A stretch of DNA of 64,000 nucleotides, filler included, from Circinaria calcarea (lineage: Eukaryota), in assembly GCA_051942165.1 (NCBI GenBank). It is 31 parts of 31 records of this genome, joined end to end, with 100 filler letters (N's around TTAATTAATTAA, not from the genome) between each part and the next. Parts side by side here need not be neighbours in the genome. Positions count along the whole stretch, not along the records: positions 35,341 to 37,312 come from JAVECS010004030.1; positions 37,413 to 39,380 come from JAVECS010004031.1; positions 39,481 to 41,447 come from JAVECS010004032.1; positions 41,548 to 43,513 come from JAVECS010004033.1; positions 43,614 to 45,577 come from JAVECS010004034.1; positions 45,678 to 47,640 come from JAVECS010004035.1; positions 47,741 to 49,702 come from JAVECS010004036.1; 24 more parts are not named here. The stretch is one strand, 5' to 3'. How positions within the stretch are numbered: position 1 is the stretch's first letter; each line of letters opens with the position of its first letter. The position numbers were made by a program, and so were the translations under genes. The notes under the pieces are model-generated. The model ran no database searches and was not told the DNA's origin. It worked only from the letters and a program-made list of their open reading frames with translations. This document shows positions 37,179 through 48,950 of this stretch, one piece after another.

Positions 37179-37257
37179 GGTTAGGGTTAGGTGGGCCTAA
37201 ACGGCCCACCTAACCCTAACCGGCTGGAAGCAGCCCGGGCCTATTTAGGCCCGGGCT
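37178..37257. repeat. Two adjacent perfect palindromes (20-bp arms containing TTAGGG; 12-bp arms)
   Basis: cggttagggttaggtgggcc-taaac-ggcccacctaaccctaaccg (37178-37222); agcccgggccta-tt-taggcccgggct (37232-37257). Confidence 0.95.
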
Positions 37258-38070
37258 ATATATTATAAGCATAAATAATATAGGTATGAAATATGATATA
37301 GAACGGAATATANNNNNNNNNNNNNNNNNNNNNNNNNNNNNNNNNNNNNNNNNNNNTTAATTAATTAANNNNNNNNNNNNNNNNNNNNNNNNNNNNNNNN
37401 NNNNNNNNNNNNGCAGGCAAGCTCTGTGGCCCGGGGGGAGGGGGGGGGGAGAAGAAGAAGTCTAAGGAGATGCGGACAAACAAATTTTTCGTGAGCAGAC
37501 AAAAGACAGATTATTCCAGGGGAACTGGGTGCAAAGGGTGTTAGAAATGCGGGAGGAAGAGAGTTTTCTCGGTCCGATATAGAGATAGGTATAGAAATAG
37601 AATTGGGCGTCTGGTGGAAAACTCCCTATACGGCAAGGGGGGGTCGATGTACAGGTTCCAATGGGCCGAAGCTGCTGGGGTTCTTGTCCGTACCGGTGGG
37701 GGAAGTCTTAAAAAGGGATAAGGAACTGCTCAGGCTGTTAGTACTAAGATCCTGTATGCTAAGGATTCAGGAATTATTCGTTAAAAATACCGAGTATTCA
37801 TGGCATTGTATTATTATATACCTCATTTAATATCATCATAATTCGAAATGGGAATTTCATGAAAGGATTTTACATTAGATAGAGGAGACGGAAAATTGTG
37901 ACTTGACTTGCGACGCCTCGAGACTACACTCACGTTACTAAGAAAGTTGATAGGCTGTTTACTGAAAGCGATTCGCGTAAAACTTCTTGATTCATATATT
38001 CATATACTACTGCAGATACTCATTGTCGACTTGAAACTTTTCTTCCGTACCCGACCCGACCTAAAGTCCT

Positions 38071-39380
38071 TTAGTACCTCGGGGGCGGAGGAGCACCATA
38101 CCCGCCTTGTTGGGGCGGATAGCCTCCTTGCTGCGGCGGTGGACGTCCGTATCCTGGTTGAGGGGCCTGGCCGTACCCCTGCGGTGGGGGAGGTTGTCCA
38201 TAGCCTTGCTGTGGAGGCGGCTGACCGTATCCTTGGCCCTGGGGCGGATAACCACCCGGCTGCTGACCGTATCCGCCGGGAGCAGCACCGTATTGTCCAG
38301 GAGGTGGGGCACCATACTGACCTGGAGGCGGAGCGCCGTGACCGTGGCCTCCTTGGGGACGAGAGCCTTGCTCATCCTGAGTATCATAGGATGAGTCGAT
38401 AGAGCCGAGCATAAGCTTGACGAGCTGCGGCTTTATTAGCATTGCGGAGTTAAATCTAAGCAGTACAATACGAACCCAAAGGTCTGGAGTCAAATCCACA
38501 GGGGGGTTCGATTTCATCATCTGTTCTTGCTCGTTCTCGAAATCTGGACTTGTTAGCCCTTATTTCTCAGTTTCTTGCGAAACATGTTGGCCATACTTGA
38601 AGTACAGTCGACAACGTCACCAATACCCGGCTCCGAATCAAGAGCCGACAGGAATTCTTGAGCCTGTTTATCGTTCCCGACCTGGGCGAATTGGAAAGAA
38701 GCAGCCCCACGACCATATTGGGGCATACGAGTCAACCGGTCGGCCGTGTAGCGGATGGTGTCCGCCAAGGTGCCTTGATTTTCACCAGCTGGTTGACCGT
38801 CGGTGATGGTGATGATCAATACTGGCTTGATAAATTTTTGGTTTTGTATCTTGGTGAAGATTAAAGGCTCAATCACTTGGTTGCGCAATTCTGTGCCTAT
38901 CGGAGTAAGGCCCTTAAATGGTACTTGAGCGATGAGTGCCTCCACCTGCTGTTCTGACCTTATCCCGTTGAGCACTCTATCCGTTTCCGCAGGCTCTAAC
39001 TTCCAATTCATAAATCGAAGGTTGATTCCGTCGGAATCAAACAGGGAAGCTGCATATGCAACTCTCGAGAGGATAAGTTTCAGGTCCTTGATCCGTTCAC
39101 CCTTTTCTTCGAATGCCATGGAACCACTATTATCTAGCAGAAAACTTAGCGTTAAGTTTAACGACCACAGTGTTGTGATGGTGCAATACCGATGTAAATT
39201 ACGATGTCGTACAGCGCGAGCTTGACGATGTCTTGCCCAATTTCTCGCGGCACTCCCCACCTCTGACATAGCTGCTGTACTTGTGCTGGTGCACGGCTCG
39301 CTATGCTATCCAAAGCTGGTGAGTTTGGGGGATAAAAGTTTTGCAAGCCTTTCTCCTGGATGGTTGCTTGCAAAAGGTGC
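38071..39380 (-). CDS. vWA domain protein with G/P/Q/Y-rich tail, copy B
   Basis: Same exon structure and nearly the same protein as 14586-15902. Confidence 0.85.
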
Positions 39381-39480
39381 NNNNNNNNNNNNNNNNNNNN
39401 NNNNNNNNNNNNNNNNNNNNNNNNTTAATTAATTAANNNNNNNNNNNNNNNNNNNNNNNNNNNNNNNNNNNNNNNNNNNN

Positions 39481-41077
39481 ACCTAACCTTGATCCCTTAA
39501 GAGCCCCGCCTTCCGTCCCCGCGACCACGCCGATGTCGAGCGCGAGCTCGAACCTCGAGAGAGCCAAGGCAACAAATGTGAAGACAACTCGTCTTGCAAG
39601 AAACCGGCCGGGGCAAAGATACTGGCCGCCCCCAAATGGCCTATAGCTCGGTGATTTGGCCAAATTCTTGTTCCTCAGAAAGCGCTCAGGGTCGAATTCG
39701 TCCGCATTCTCTCCCCACACGTCTTTATCATAGTGTAATTGGCGGTAAGGGGCCATGACGTTGTAGCCTTTTCGTAGGGTTTTGCCTCCCACTAGAGTTG
39801 GTTCTGTGACAAAACGCATCAGAGAGCTGGACATCACCATTCGTAGGACTTCTAGAAAGATTGCTTCTAGGCGAGGACAACTCTCCAGCAAGTATGTGAC
39901 GTTGGGAACGTCGTCGATTACTGCTGGCCTGGTTTCTTCTCGGACCTTTTCGAGTAGTTCTTGATCATGAAGAAGGTAAGCTAAGGTCCAGAATGTTACC
40001 TTGTGAACATTGCCGTTTATACTGAAGGTAGTGTCAGTTCCTGATAATCGGTACAAGCAATCGACCAAGTTGAAACCCGAAAGATTGGGGTTGAACTTAC
40101 GCCCAGTAATGAAGCATGTGTACCTTGCCAATATCGTAATCAGTGAAAGAAATATCCCTCAGTTCCCTCTCAGCGGCCTTTGCAAAGAAGCTTGCATCAC
40201 TCCTTTTTTCTTGTGGTTGTGCAAAGTAATCCCTGAATCCATCTACCAGCTGATCTTTTGCGGCATACATATCCTTGCTAAGTGATCGAGGCAATTGAAA
40301 GACATATTTCCAATTTTTCTCTTCCCACTTCATGAACGATTTGGTTAGGTGAGGGGCGACTTTAGAAAGACTCTTCCCCCAGTAGAGTCCGGAATTTGTG
40401 TTGATGAAAATGTGAGCAGTCCACTCCATCAAGGAAACTTGGACCGAATGGGAGGAGGATTGCAGAACGTAAGGGCGGTTGGAGTTTATCTCCTGCCAGG
40501 ATACTAGCTCATTGAGAGAGCTTATAAATTGTCTCGATATGTTGTCTAGGTTCTCGCCTGGAAGCAGCTGTCGATGCTGGAAGTCGGCAATCATCTGATT
40601 AGGATTGGTTACTTTCTGTGATGGATACAAGGCTTTCCGCTCCTCCGGGGGTTCTTCCCATAGCTTCTCTATGTTCACCGCTGAGAGATCCATCCACGCG
40701 TAGAGCTCCCGCACAAAATTCATCCAGGAGAAGCTAGTGCCACGGTTGAAGAGTAGCTGGACGTCTGCTGGAGCTGTAAGAACATAGAAGCTCTGTCCAG
40801 CGACGGTGATGGCATACGGCTCTTTGGAGTTGCCAAAATAAACCCGTGCATCGTCCAAGACCTTGTAGGAATTCTTGAAGAAGCCAACTCCATGACCTAG
40901 TATTGGAACCCAGTACGGAAGCTCCTTGGGGTCGTTCGGAAAGAGGATGGGAACAATGGTAAACTTCCATAGCCGCCACAATGGTATGAAAAACGGAGCT
41001 CCGACAAGAGCGGAAAGTACAAGATGCTGCTGAATAACAAGAGCAAACCAAAGAAGTGGGGACAGAACTGAATCCAT
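39481..41077 (-). CDS. Cytochrome P450 (CYP7/prostacyclin-synthase-like fungal group), 3'-truncated
   Basis: PYWVPILGH, EVLR, FDPERF, heme motif PFGGGQYLCPGR; intron 40022-40100. Confidence 0.93.
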
Positions 41078-41547
41078 CGATTTTCATAACACACTTTCTT
41101 GATATTCAGCGGGAGTGACAGGCATAGACGCTCGAAACGTTTGCTTTGCTACTGGAGGAAATACAAAGAAGTTCCGGCGTACTCGACCTCTAATCAATAT
41201 GAACAAAGTGCATGTAGCAGGATTGGCACGGCAGATTTGCATAATTAGGAAACCTGATAGCAGTAGCTGGACACGCAGCTGATACCCAGACCGTAAACCT
41301 ACCCACATGGCTGTGCCTGTGGTGTGGTGAACCCCTGTGTCATCCAAGCCAAGTCAAGATGGCCCTACTGTGGTGGCAGGGGAAATAATTCAGAGCTCGG
41401 CGCGAAAATCATTAAAATGCCTGCTCAGACTATTAAAATTTTCAGGTNNNNNNNNNNNNNNNNNNNNNNNNNNNNNNNNNNNNNNNNNNNNTTAATTAAT
41501 TAANNNNNNNNNNNNNNNNNNNNNNNNNNNNNNNNNNNNNNNNNNNN

Positions 41548-42619
41548 CGAGTTACCATCCATGATTATCGAATGCTGCTCCCAGGAGCGGACTTACATAA
41601 AGTTTCATGGACTTATCGGAGAACGCTTTGCGAAGCTCAATCGTCTTTGGACTGAACTATTCGAGTCAGCTTTCGCAAAATACTACGACACAATACATCG
41701 ATACGAGACTAACCGTCTACGGAATATCGCACGGTTCTTTGGACACATGCTCAGTTCTGATGCTATCGGCTGGCATGTTCTTTCTATTGTACATCTCAAC
41801 GAAGAAGAGACTACCTCGAGTAGTCGCATCTTCGTCAAGATTTTGTTTCAAGATCTTGCAGAGGCTATGGGGATGGCCAGATTGCAAGCTCGTTTGAGAG
41901 ACGACGTATTGCGCTCCAGTTTCGATGGGATCTTCCCGATGGATAACCCGCGGAACACCCGTTTCTCCATCAACTATTTTACCAGTATTGGTATGGGTGG
42001 CGTCACCGAAGAGATGCGCGAGCATCTGAAGAATATGCCCCAGCCAGTTATCCCTGCTTTGTCCGCAGTGAAGCCGGAGTCAGATTCCGATTCTGCAAGT
42101 TCAGTCTCGAGCTATTCTTCGTATACTGGATCGTCAAGATCATATTCCAGATCTCGATCACCGCCTCGTAACCGTGGTCGTGGTCGGAGCTATTCGAGGT
42201 CCGTATCACGTAGTCGTCGGAGAATGTCTACTGTATCGTACTCATCACGTTCGCCAACGCCCCCCCGTCGCGATAGACGTTCGCTTAATGCAAGGGACTT
42301 ACGCTCTCGTTCCCCTGTTCGGTATCGTCATGGCCGTAGCGAAAGCTATTCTCGCTCGCCACCACCTCGAGCTCGACGTAGGAATAGTTCATCCCCTGAG
42401 TCCGTCGCCCTCAGGAGGAGGAGGAACGGTTCATCGGCGGACTCAAGATCTCCGCCAAGGAGAGGCGCCCCTGCTAGAGGGAATACGAATGGGAAAGGGA
42501 AAGGGAACGGTCGAAGAGAATCACTGGAGCCTGTGAGGAGAAGGAGAAGCCCCAGCTATGAGGCTGGAGGTGCTGCCGGTGGGAAGGGTGGGAGGGCAAG
42601 GGCGGCGGATTATCTGTGA
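41548..42619 (+). CDS. CWC22: Pre-mRNA splicing factor Cwc22, C-terminal part
   Basis: MIIECCSQERTY, TIHRYETNRLRNIARFF, TTSSSRIF, RNTRFSINYFTSIGMG; RS-rich tail. Confidence 0.95.
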
Positions 42620-43336
42620 TGGAATTCGATACTGTAATGTGTAGTATAGAAAAAATAACAACCTGAAGTTGCGGTTACAAGGTCCATTTGGTGCTACAAG
42701 TGAATAGCTTCGAAATGTAATCCCCGTGTTGTGTTGCGCATGATCGTAACAGAGTGAGTTATCAAGACGTTTACCTTTTCGGTTGTATTATGGAACTCCT
42801 ACTTAAACTGTGGTCATAAGGGAAAGTAAAATTGCTAGCCGGAGTTGGCGGGAATTATCCGGCCGGAATGATTACAGCAAGCCCTGTAAAATTTATCATA
42901 GAAAACAAAGATTGTGTGCCGGAGGGTAGGGTAGGCTTTTTGTCCCTTCTCCCCTTTAATAAAAAATCCATATATTTACTCCGTGTAGGAGGCCAAAATC
43001 GTGTAAATAAATTTTTTTCTGCAAAAAGGGGGGGTGGGGGGGATTGGTCTAGCCTAGGCTAGCCTGCCCCGGGTCGTTCGGTCGGACGCGCTTAAGCTCA
43101 TGTGCTGCTTACAATGGAACCTCCTGGTTCCAATCATCTCCTCTGTTTATGAATTACCCTAAACTCTTTTTATATTGCATCCTCCGTAAACACTTGCTCA
43201 GAAGTACATATCTCATATGGGTATAGCCTTATCGATTTAATGGCTTTGGCACTGCCGGCGATTGAGATTAATCGGAGAACAGCGTGGTTGGAATCTCAAG
43301 CCTTTTGATGAACTACTTGGGAATAGTAAAAGCACC

Positions 43337-43513
43337 ATGTCTTTGCCCACGGGATTTCAGTTGGGCTTGGAGCTCACGAATATCGCCAGCCCGTTGAGTA
43401 CAGCACTTTCTAAGCTAGGGTCATTGGCTCTGATCGATGCAATCAAGAGGTCTGGATCGGATGCGATTACGGAGATGAAGCTGGCTTCTCTCCTAGGACG
43501 ACATCGTATTGAT
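43337..43513 (+). CDS. N-terminus of an unknown protein
   Basis: ATG in good context (caccATG); MSLPTGFQLGLELTNI... open to the contig end. Confidence 0.45.
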
Positions 43514-43613
43514 NNNNNNNNNNNNNNNNNNNNNNNNNNNNNNNNNNNNNNNNNNNNTTAATTAATTAANNNNNNNNNNNNNNNNNNNNNNNNNNNNNNN
43601 NNNNNNNNNNNNN

Positions 43614-43940
43614 ACGTCGAAGCAGAGCTGGCCGAGTGCGTCTTCTTCCGGCTGCCCGGAGCAGCATAGGAACATGAGGCAGATTCGCCTCTTTTTACGC
43701 ACTTCTCACATGGCTGCGATCTATCGCACTTCAATCTACCAAGGTTAAGTCAGGGTACGTAAGTTAACTTGATCTATCAAGCGAGTGGTATGGAGAGTAG
43801 TTTCATGGCTCTGCTGTGAACACATACTTTCTATTTCGACATGCCGCGCAGGATAGTGGTACTCTATTCCTCTTCCGAACAACTCGGTATTGCCCTCCAG
43901 CGGAATTGTTCTCATTGCTTGATGGTGGTGTCGGCGTCAT
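43614..43940 (-). CDS. Zn(II)2Cys6 transcription factor, N-terminal exons (absent from the ORF track)
   Basis: MTPTPPS..RVVRKRNRVPLSCAACRNRK|LKCDRSQPCEKCVKRGESASC: a complete six-Cys cluster split by an intron. Confidence 0.9.
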
Positions 43941-44930
43941 CTCAAAGACCCAAGTGGCGTATCAGATCAGAGTCTTTGTGTCGCTGAGCGTTGTTGCCAA
44001 GGTTCCGTACGTCCCTCGAGATTCCCAGATGATATTGCGTTTGAAGCCTTGTAAGACGATTGTTCTAGAAGGAATCCTTCGCAGGTCAAATTACCGCCCA
44101 ATCCGCGCATGGGTGACCTCTATTTCCGTCGCGAGTTCGAGAACCGCTCAAGAATAGGCTGTGAGGGGGCGTCATTAGCTGAAAGTATTCTTCCTAGTAA
44201 TGCGAGAATGGTCTTACAAAGCTGTCAGGCGTAGATACCCTTGGAATCAGCTTTCTCAATACCAGCAAATCGTTTAGTCGTAGTGTAGTATAAAGAGTCG
44301 CGAACCTGGATATCCTGAGAGCGTACAAATCTCCTCAGGCTGCCACTTCTGGGTGTAAGTTTAAGCCACGCGTCGGTGTCGAAAGAGCTTTCACACTGCA
44401 AACCGTTCGTTCAAGTCGGGTCGGTTGCCCAGTTCGCCCACAAGTAGCGCCAAGGCTTAGATGCCCTTGTCGACGAACGATGTTCAACACCTAGATTCAT
44501 GATGCTATGCTGTTTCGTGACTCATACCTACTTCTTATCGATATGTCTTTACAATAAAAGATCAGTCCATGAAAATGCCGGATACGTCATAGTCATATGT
44601 TGAGTGAGCACTATATGCAAGGTCCGTTAAGTCCGATATACCAAGGGATTGTCACGCGGTAGGCATAGTAGGAAAGCAATACGGGTGCAGTGGTAGTTAG
44701 ATACATCTATACGCAACTCCCAATGCATTTAGAGAAAGCCTGTCATTCAACCCTAGGAGGTACCCTTGATAATGAAGGACAACATCTTCTCCCTAGCAGC
44801 AGACTTTGGTTGAGCAGTGACATAAAAACGCTCACAGTCAAGATACAAGGTTCTGCTTATTTTACATCTTGAGTCAAGTTAGCGCTCGTCCCGACAGTAA
44901 ATACATTGTATATTATACCTTTGATCATTT

Positions 44931-45572
44931 CTATGTGAAGCTCTTAGTGAACGCGACCACAACGTCCTTAAGCTGAGCTTCCAAATCCTTGCTCAGTGCG
45001 CCCTCCTTATCAATGGTTGCGAGCAGATCGCTCTCGTTGCTCCTCAGGTGAGACAAAAAGTCTGCCTCCCATGTCAAGATCTTAGAGACGGGAACATTGT
45101 CAAGATGACCGTTGACACCAGCGTAAATTAGAGGCACCATCTCGTTAACAGCCATAGGTGAGTACTGCTTCTGTTTGAGGAGTTCTGTAAGACGTTCACC
45201 GCGGTTTAAAGTTTGCTTAGTAGCAGCATCCAAGTCCGAACCGAACTGGGCAAATGCGGCAACTTCACGGTACTGAGCCAAGAACAGCTTCAGAGAACCG
45301 GCAACTTGCTTCATCGCCTTGAGCTGGGCAGCAGATCCGACGCGAGAGACAGACAGACCGACGTTGATGGCAGGACGAACACCTTTGTAGAATAGCTCGG
45401 CTTCCAAGAAGATTTGTCCGTCGGTGATGGAGATGACATTGGTGGGAATATAAGCAGATACGTCACCCCCCTGGGTTTCAATGATAGGTAGCGCAGTTAG
45501 GGAACCACCGCCGTGATTATCGTTGAGTTTAGCAGCACGCTCGAGGAGACGGGAATGGAGATAGAAAACACT
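44931..45572 (-). CDS. ATP1: F1-ATPase alpha subunit, last exon
   Basis: [53 protein letters not shown]. Confidence 0.97.
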   Translation of the reverse strand, partial: SVFYLHSRLLERAAKLNDNHGGGSLTALPIIETQGGDVSAYIPTNVISITDGQIFLEAELFYKGVRPAINVGLSVSRVGSAAQLKAMKQVAGSLKLFLAQYREVAAFAQFGSDLDAATKQTLNRGERLTELLKQKQYSPMAVNEMVPLIYAGVNGHLDNVPVSKILTWEADFLSHLRSNESDLLATIDKEGALSKDLEAQLKDVVVAFTKSFT

Positions 45573-47740
45573 AATATNNNNNNNNNNNNNNNNNNNNNNN
45601 NNNNNNNNNNNNNNNNNNNNNTTAATTAATTAANNNNNNNNNNNNNNNNNNNNNNNNNNNNNNNNNNNNNNNNNNNNTGGAGCAGAAAGCCACTCCAAGG
45701 GACGAGGGACGTAGCTCGAAGCTCTGGTTCTTGGAGGGGAAGACGGCGGGAGAAGACTAGCCGATCCGATCCCTGCCAATGGGGGTCTACCGCATAAGGT
45801 ATTCAGCGACGGTACATAAGCCCGCCGCCTGGGAGTTGGGGATAAGTGATTCCTTTGTCTAGGCAGTCCTACACCCGGACTGGTCAGTACTGCAGCCTTC
45901 TTCGACACGAGTCTCCATCATTGTGCCTGTCTTATCTCTCCGCTGCCAGAGTGCATTAGTCCGACATACCATGAATGGCCGAATCACCTTGCCTCGCTTC
46001 TTTAGCTTCCAGGTCTCTGGCCGCTGCAGCCGCGCATCCACGGGTGGGATACTGAGAGGATCAGCACTCTCCTGAAAAGTGTGGGGAAAGCACTAGCGGA
46101 AGACGTGCTAGTCTCTTTTTAGGGCACACAAGGTACCTTTGTATAAGCTGATGGTTAGGATGGTCTCGAAAGTCTATTCTAAGCTCGTGTTGGGAACAGA
46201 CTGATCCCCTTATCGGCTTCCGAGGTATCTAAAAAGAATAGCAAGCTAAAGATCGACTCTACGATCCCGTCTAGGTCTTCGAAGAGAGGTTCCCGGCCGA
46301 CCTTGAGTCTTTAAGAAGTGTTCTAGGGGAACTTACTAAAGTATATACTTGAGGTCAGTATTAATCTTCTATCAGAAAGTAATCCGAATATAGCATTGAA
46401 ACGCGGCGATCATTCTTGCGATCTTTTGGAAAAAGGTTGAGAAAAAAAAAAGGTTCTTGGATTTTGTGGATGAGTATGTCAGATGAGTGTCTGGAACCGG
46501 GAGAACTAAAAGTTTTGCTGATGGCTGCTATGGTCTCCACCTCTAACCTTTAGTGGAGTCTAACGTTAAATTAATACAAAAGCGCGGGCAAAGGCCAATG
46601 GAGGCCTCGGTCCTATCCATGGTCCGCATTGAAGAATACGGACTAATACACAAAGACAACCTTTCCAAGATAGTAGTCTGCGGGACCTCTAAAAGTAAAG
46701 CTATCCATGCGGGCAATTGGTACAGAAAGTAAGAAATAATTGTAAAGTCTTGAAAAGATGACTGTGGGCTAACGAAGAGTGTCCCCCTGGCCTTCCGAAG
46801 CAGCTCAACGGAGAGTAAGTGATTGATCCGGTCATCCGCGTAGGAGACAACCGTAGAGAGGGGTTACTGCAACTCACCCTTTGGTCTGGAGGTGAAGTGA
46901 GGGGAAAACAGAGCCCAAGCGACGGTAGAGATAGATGGGAGTGATGGCAGAGCAGCGTTGATTAAATGCTTGTTCGGTGGGAAAGGGACGCTGGACATAT
47001 GTCAATCTTTATTGACACTCTTACCCCTAGGTCATTGTAGAGAGCCGATGCCGTTTCCCCGGCCTTGTTGAGAGGTAAAGGTAAAGTGACGAGGAAACAA
47101 CGGAGGAGAACGTTGTGATTGCAGCTCAGCTCGTAACGTGTTGGTTCTTTAGAGTGGCGTAGCTAGACTTCTATAAGTAGGGAATCTCCTAGTTAGTGGG
47201 GCTGCCTCTTTACCCAGATAGATGGCGTTGCTGTCTCACATGGAGGAAGGTCTCGTTGAAGAGAGTGAAGATCTACATTTATGTTCATTCACAGTACTGT
47301 GACGCTTAGGTGATTGTTAGATAAAGTTTAGCAGTAGCAAAAGCAGTAATTGGATGTATGATAAAGATGGCAAGGAGCTTTGTTTTGATCTTGGAGATAT
47401 ACACCAAATATGGATGCATGAAGCAGCAGACGTATCCAATGCCTCTATGGTACTTTTCCCTTTCGTGTGTGCATGCATAGTTAGTCTATAGTTTATATAT
47501 ATGAGACCTAGGGTATAGCCCGTCCAAAGTACAAGTAGTGCTCGGACTCCGACGCCTTACATATAATCATCCCGTTATGACCAATTCAACCAAACGTCCA
47601 AGGCAAACTGCCGCCGTATGCCTAAATGTAGGTATTCCGANNNNNNNNNNNNNNNNNNNNNNNNNNNNNNNNNNNNNNNNNNNNTTAATTAATTAANNNN
47701 NNNNNNNNNNNNNNNNNNNNNNNNNNNNNNNNNNNNNNNN

Positions 47741-47996
47741 CATTGTTAATCTGCCTTATCTCGGCCTGCCGGCAATGAGCATCAAAACGGAGCTATGGTA
47801 CCTACGGGCGTACTTCGTTTTTGCTCTCGTTGTCTACTTTCGATGGGCCCTCCTGGTCATCAACAGCATTTGCGCGTACCTTGGCATCAACTGCCTTACC
47901 ATCACGGACAAGCCAGCTCCGAATCAGACAATGGACAGCAAGAAAGCTCCAGACTGGCCTGTGGCCAACGGATCAAATTCGCGTAAGAATGATTAG
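47741..47996 (+). CDS. C-terminus of a choline/ethanolamine phosphotransferase (EPT1/CPT1 family)
   Basis: VNLPYLGLP..ELWYLRAY..FALVVYFRWALLVINSICAYLGINCLTI. Confidence 0.7.
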
Positions 47997-48439
47997 CTTT
48001 CACTCATTCACACTCTCACCGAGAACACGACGTAACATTACGATTCCATCTTGAAAGCAACCAACCGAGTATTTCTCCTCAACCATGATTACTCGAACAG
48101 TTCTCTCCATCGGACCGGATCCAAACTTAACCTCCCCTAGCGGTTCAACGCCGGGTACCTTTCAAATAGATGCCCCCCCTGGGCACATTTTCTCATACCA
48201 AGCCCCTCTTGTGGATAGGGGGAAACTGGTATTAAAGAGCACTTTTTCTGATAGAGACGCACATCCGATTGCATGGATTATACATGGTCTGAATACATGA
48301 CCCCCAAAGTACTGTCCTTTGAAGCTACGCCTGGTATGCTAGTGAAATTTTCCCCAAAAAAGAAAGTCCCCTTGGATCCCTATTGTTTCATTTGGCGCTT
48401 TTATGTATACATACGAAGCCCAAGCCCTCTGGCATGCAT

Positions 48440-48950
48440 CATCTCACCTCACCTCACCTCACCTCACCTCACTTACTCCCCCCCCCCAACACACTTCATG
48501 ATCGTACGAGTACGAGTACCCGCCCGTTAGTAGTTACCCCCCATCGCCTGGCTTCCAAACCAGTCCAAGTCCAAGTCCACACAACGCATCGCAACGACAA
48601 GTCCAAGTCGGTTAGAACTTGGAACTTGGAACTTGGAACTTGGAACTTGGAACCCAAAATAAACCCCCCCGTGAACTCTTTTATTCTCAATTCTCAATTC
48701 TCTTTTTCCATTATAGGTACGCAACCGTACGCAACCTCACCTGCCTAGCTTTTGTGCTTTTGTGCTTTTGTGCTTTTGTGCTTTTGTGCTTTTGTGCTTT
48801 TGTGCTTTTATGATTTTGTGCTTTTATGCTTTAATCCCCCCCTCCCCCTCTTATTCCCCAAGTTTTTAAATTTCTTTAAAGCTGTGCTTGTGCTTGTAAT
48901 AGCTAATAGTTGATAGTTGATAGTGAATAGCTAATAGTGAATAGTGAATA
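48440..48950. repeat. Cluster of simple repeats: (cacct)n, (acttgga)n, (tgtgcttt)n, (atagtga)n
   Basis: Directly visible. Confidence 0.9.

Noticed and set aside
39481..45577. Apparent cluster of P450, Zn2Cys6 factor and neighbours
   Set aside because: The genes lie on different contigs separated by linkers.
45678..47640. Possible spliced gene start on the minus strand near 45678-46060
   Set aside because: Splice signals are plausible, but no start codon or homology could be established.
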